DNA from: Dendrobates tinctorius
Taxonomy: Eukaryota
DNA length: 64,000 nucleotides
NCBI RefSeq assembly: GCF_039654945.1
Contig: NW_027361818.1
Span: forward strand, 9,052,001 to 9,116,000
Direction of reading: 5' to 3'
The notes below the pieces were generated by a model, which saw only the letters and a list, made by a program, of their open reading frames with translations, made no database searches and was not told the origin of the DNA. How positions within the stretch are numbered: the stretch's first letter is position 1; the number at the start of each line of letters is the position of its first letter. Below, one piece after another: positions 62,615-64,000 of the stretch. Both the position numbers and the translations under genes were made by a program.

Positions 62615-62889
62615 ATCCCCTTAAATATTTCTTGTAGTGCCCTCAAGTTGTTACTTCTCAGATACAGTGGACAGTCCCGGATTTGGGTCTATGCCCTGCT
62701 GTCTTGGGCATCTGCAGAATGTCCCTCACTGCCAGCACCCCTCTGGCAACTCTTCATGTCAGAGTAGAAATAAATTATAAATGGGCGTGGATTGGGATGT
62801 GGCCAAAATTTGCCGCTATGTGTGGCGCACGAACTGTCGGTGTTTCTGTTCCTCAAAAGTTGTCAGGTATGTTTATTGCTTTCAAAAGA

Positions 62890-63125
62890 AGGGACCAACA
62901 TGTGGGGTGAACCAAGCTCTGAAAGAGAGATAAACGAGAGGAACTGAACCAAGCACTAAAAGAGAGGCGAAAGGCGACCACAGAAGGGGATAAACCAAGC
63001 ATTCAGGGAGATAGGTGACTGAGAAGGTGGCAAAACCGAGCTTTGAGATAGAGAGATGACTGAGAAAGGAGATAAAAAAGCATTCAGGAGGAGAGGTGAC
63101 CGAGAAAGGGGCTAAACCGGGCATT
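62890..63125. repeat. Degenerate purine-rich minisatellite (about 40-bp unit)
   Basis: Repeated gcattcagg.gagaggtgac.gagaaagg units. Confidence 0.55.
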
Positions 63126-63132
63126 GAGGTAG

Positions 63133-64000
63133 TGTCATGGGGGCTTAGTTCAACTAAGGCTGAAATACCCGGGGCCCCTGTGGTGTCCCTTTACTAGGGG
63201 AAACCCTGTCTGACCCTCAACCCAGGGTTTTTGCTGAAGGTGCAAATGCCTGAGCCTCCGACCTTTCCTTATCTCCTGCTCAGCCCTGCACTTAACCCTC
63301 CACCCTCCACCCAGTGAGAAGTCACCACCAAAGCTCCCAAACCGGCGCCACTGAGGCTATAGTGGCTGGAGGTGGAACTACCTCTGCCTGCCGGATGCTG
63401 TGGTGTGAACAGCGTCCGACATGACAGTACCCCGTCTTCTACGAGGGACCCCAGGGCCCTCAAGACTCATAGGACCCGGCTTGTCCGGATGACGACGGTG
63501 AAAAGAACTGACCAGCCGATCCGCATGTATGTCTGAGGCTGGAACCCAAGACCTCTCCTCTGGACCATACCCCCGCCAGTGCACCAAATACTGAAGAGTA
63601 CGGCGTACTACTCGAGAGTCCACTACCTTGGCGACCTCGAACTCTAACTCGCCATCCACCATGACTGGAGGTGGCATCGGCGTTGTGTCCACAGAGCCTA
63701 CCACCTTTTTCAATAAAGCCCTGTGAAACACGTTCTGTATCTTGTACACTGCGGGAAGTTCCAACCGATAAGCCACTGGGTTAATGATGGCAGAAATCCT
63801 AAAAGGCCCAATAAATCTTGGACCCAGTTTTAAAGAAGGGATTTTGAGTTTTATGTTCTTAGTAGCTAACCACACCCATTCACCCACACACAGGTCCGGA
63901 CCTGGCACGCGTCTACTGTCAGCCACCCGTTTGTACCTGGCACTCATGCTCAACAAACGCTGTTTCACCCGCCTCCAGACTGATGACAATTGGGCTCCTA
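63133..64000 (-). mobile_element. Gypsy chromovirus 3' end: integrase C-terminus, chromodomain, PPT and 3' LTR (63133-63426)
   Basis: KLGPRFIGPF (GPY/F), FEVAKVVDSR..QYLVHWRGYGPEERSW; purine tract then TGTCATG...CATGACA. Confidence 0.92.

Overview
Repeat-dense vertebrate genomic window. An anuran (frog) origin is inferred from the ZP3/ZPC and olfactory receptor sequences and the transposon repertoire. Host genes are one intact single-exon olfactory receptor (19021-19971, +) and two tandem, apparently intact 8-exon zona pellucida ZP3/ZPC paralogs on the minus strand (27328-31258 and 37088-40579). The ZP3 pair shows a patchy identity pattern suggestive of gene conversion. The rest is mostly nested mobile DNA: a Ngaro-like tyrosine-recombinase retrotransposon, Tc1/mariner elements (one very Sleeping Beauty-like), Gypsy remnants and solo LTRs, CR1, L2, L1 and R4/Dong LINE pieces, a V-SINE and MITEs. 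The most striking signal concerns Penelope-like elements (PLEs). There is a 4.4-kb head-to-head inverted GIY-YIG element and a 342-bp miniature with the same asymmetric architecture, both bounded by 15-bp target-site duplications (TSDs). Six minimal hammerhead-ribozyme motifs occur in about five different PLE-like sequences, and several insertions start or invert right at the ribozyme. All coordinates were read by eye and may be off by a few bases; no database searches were run.
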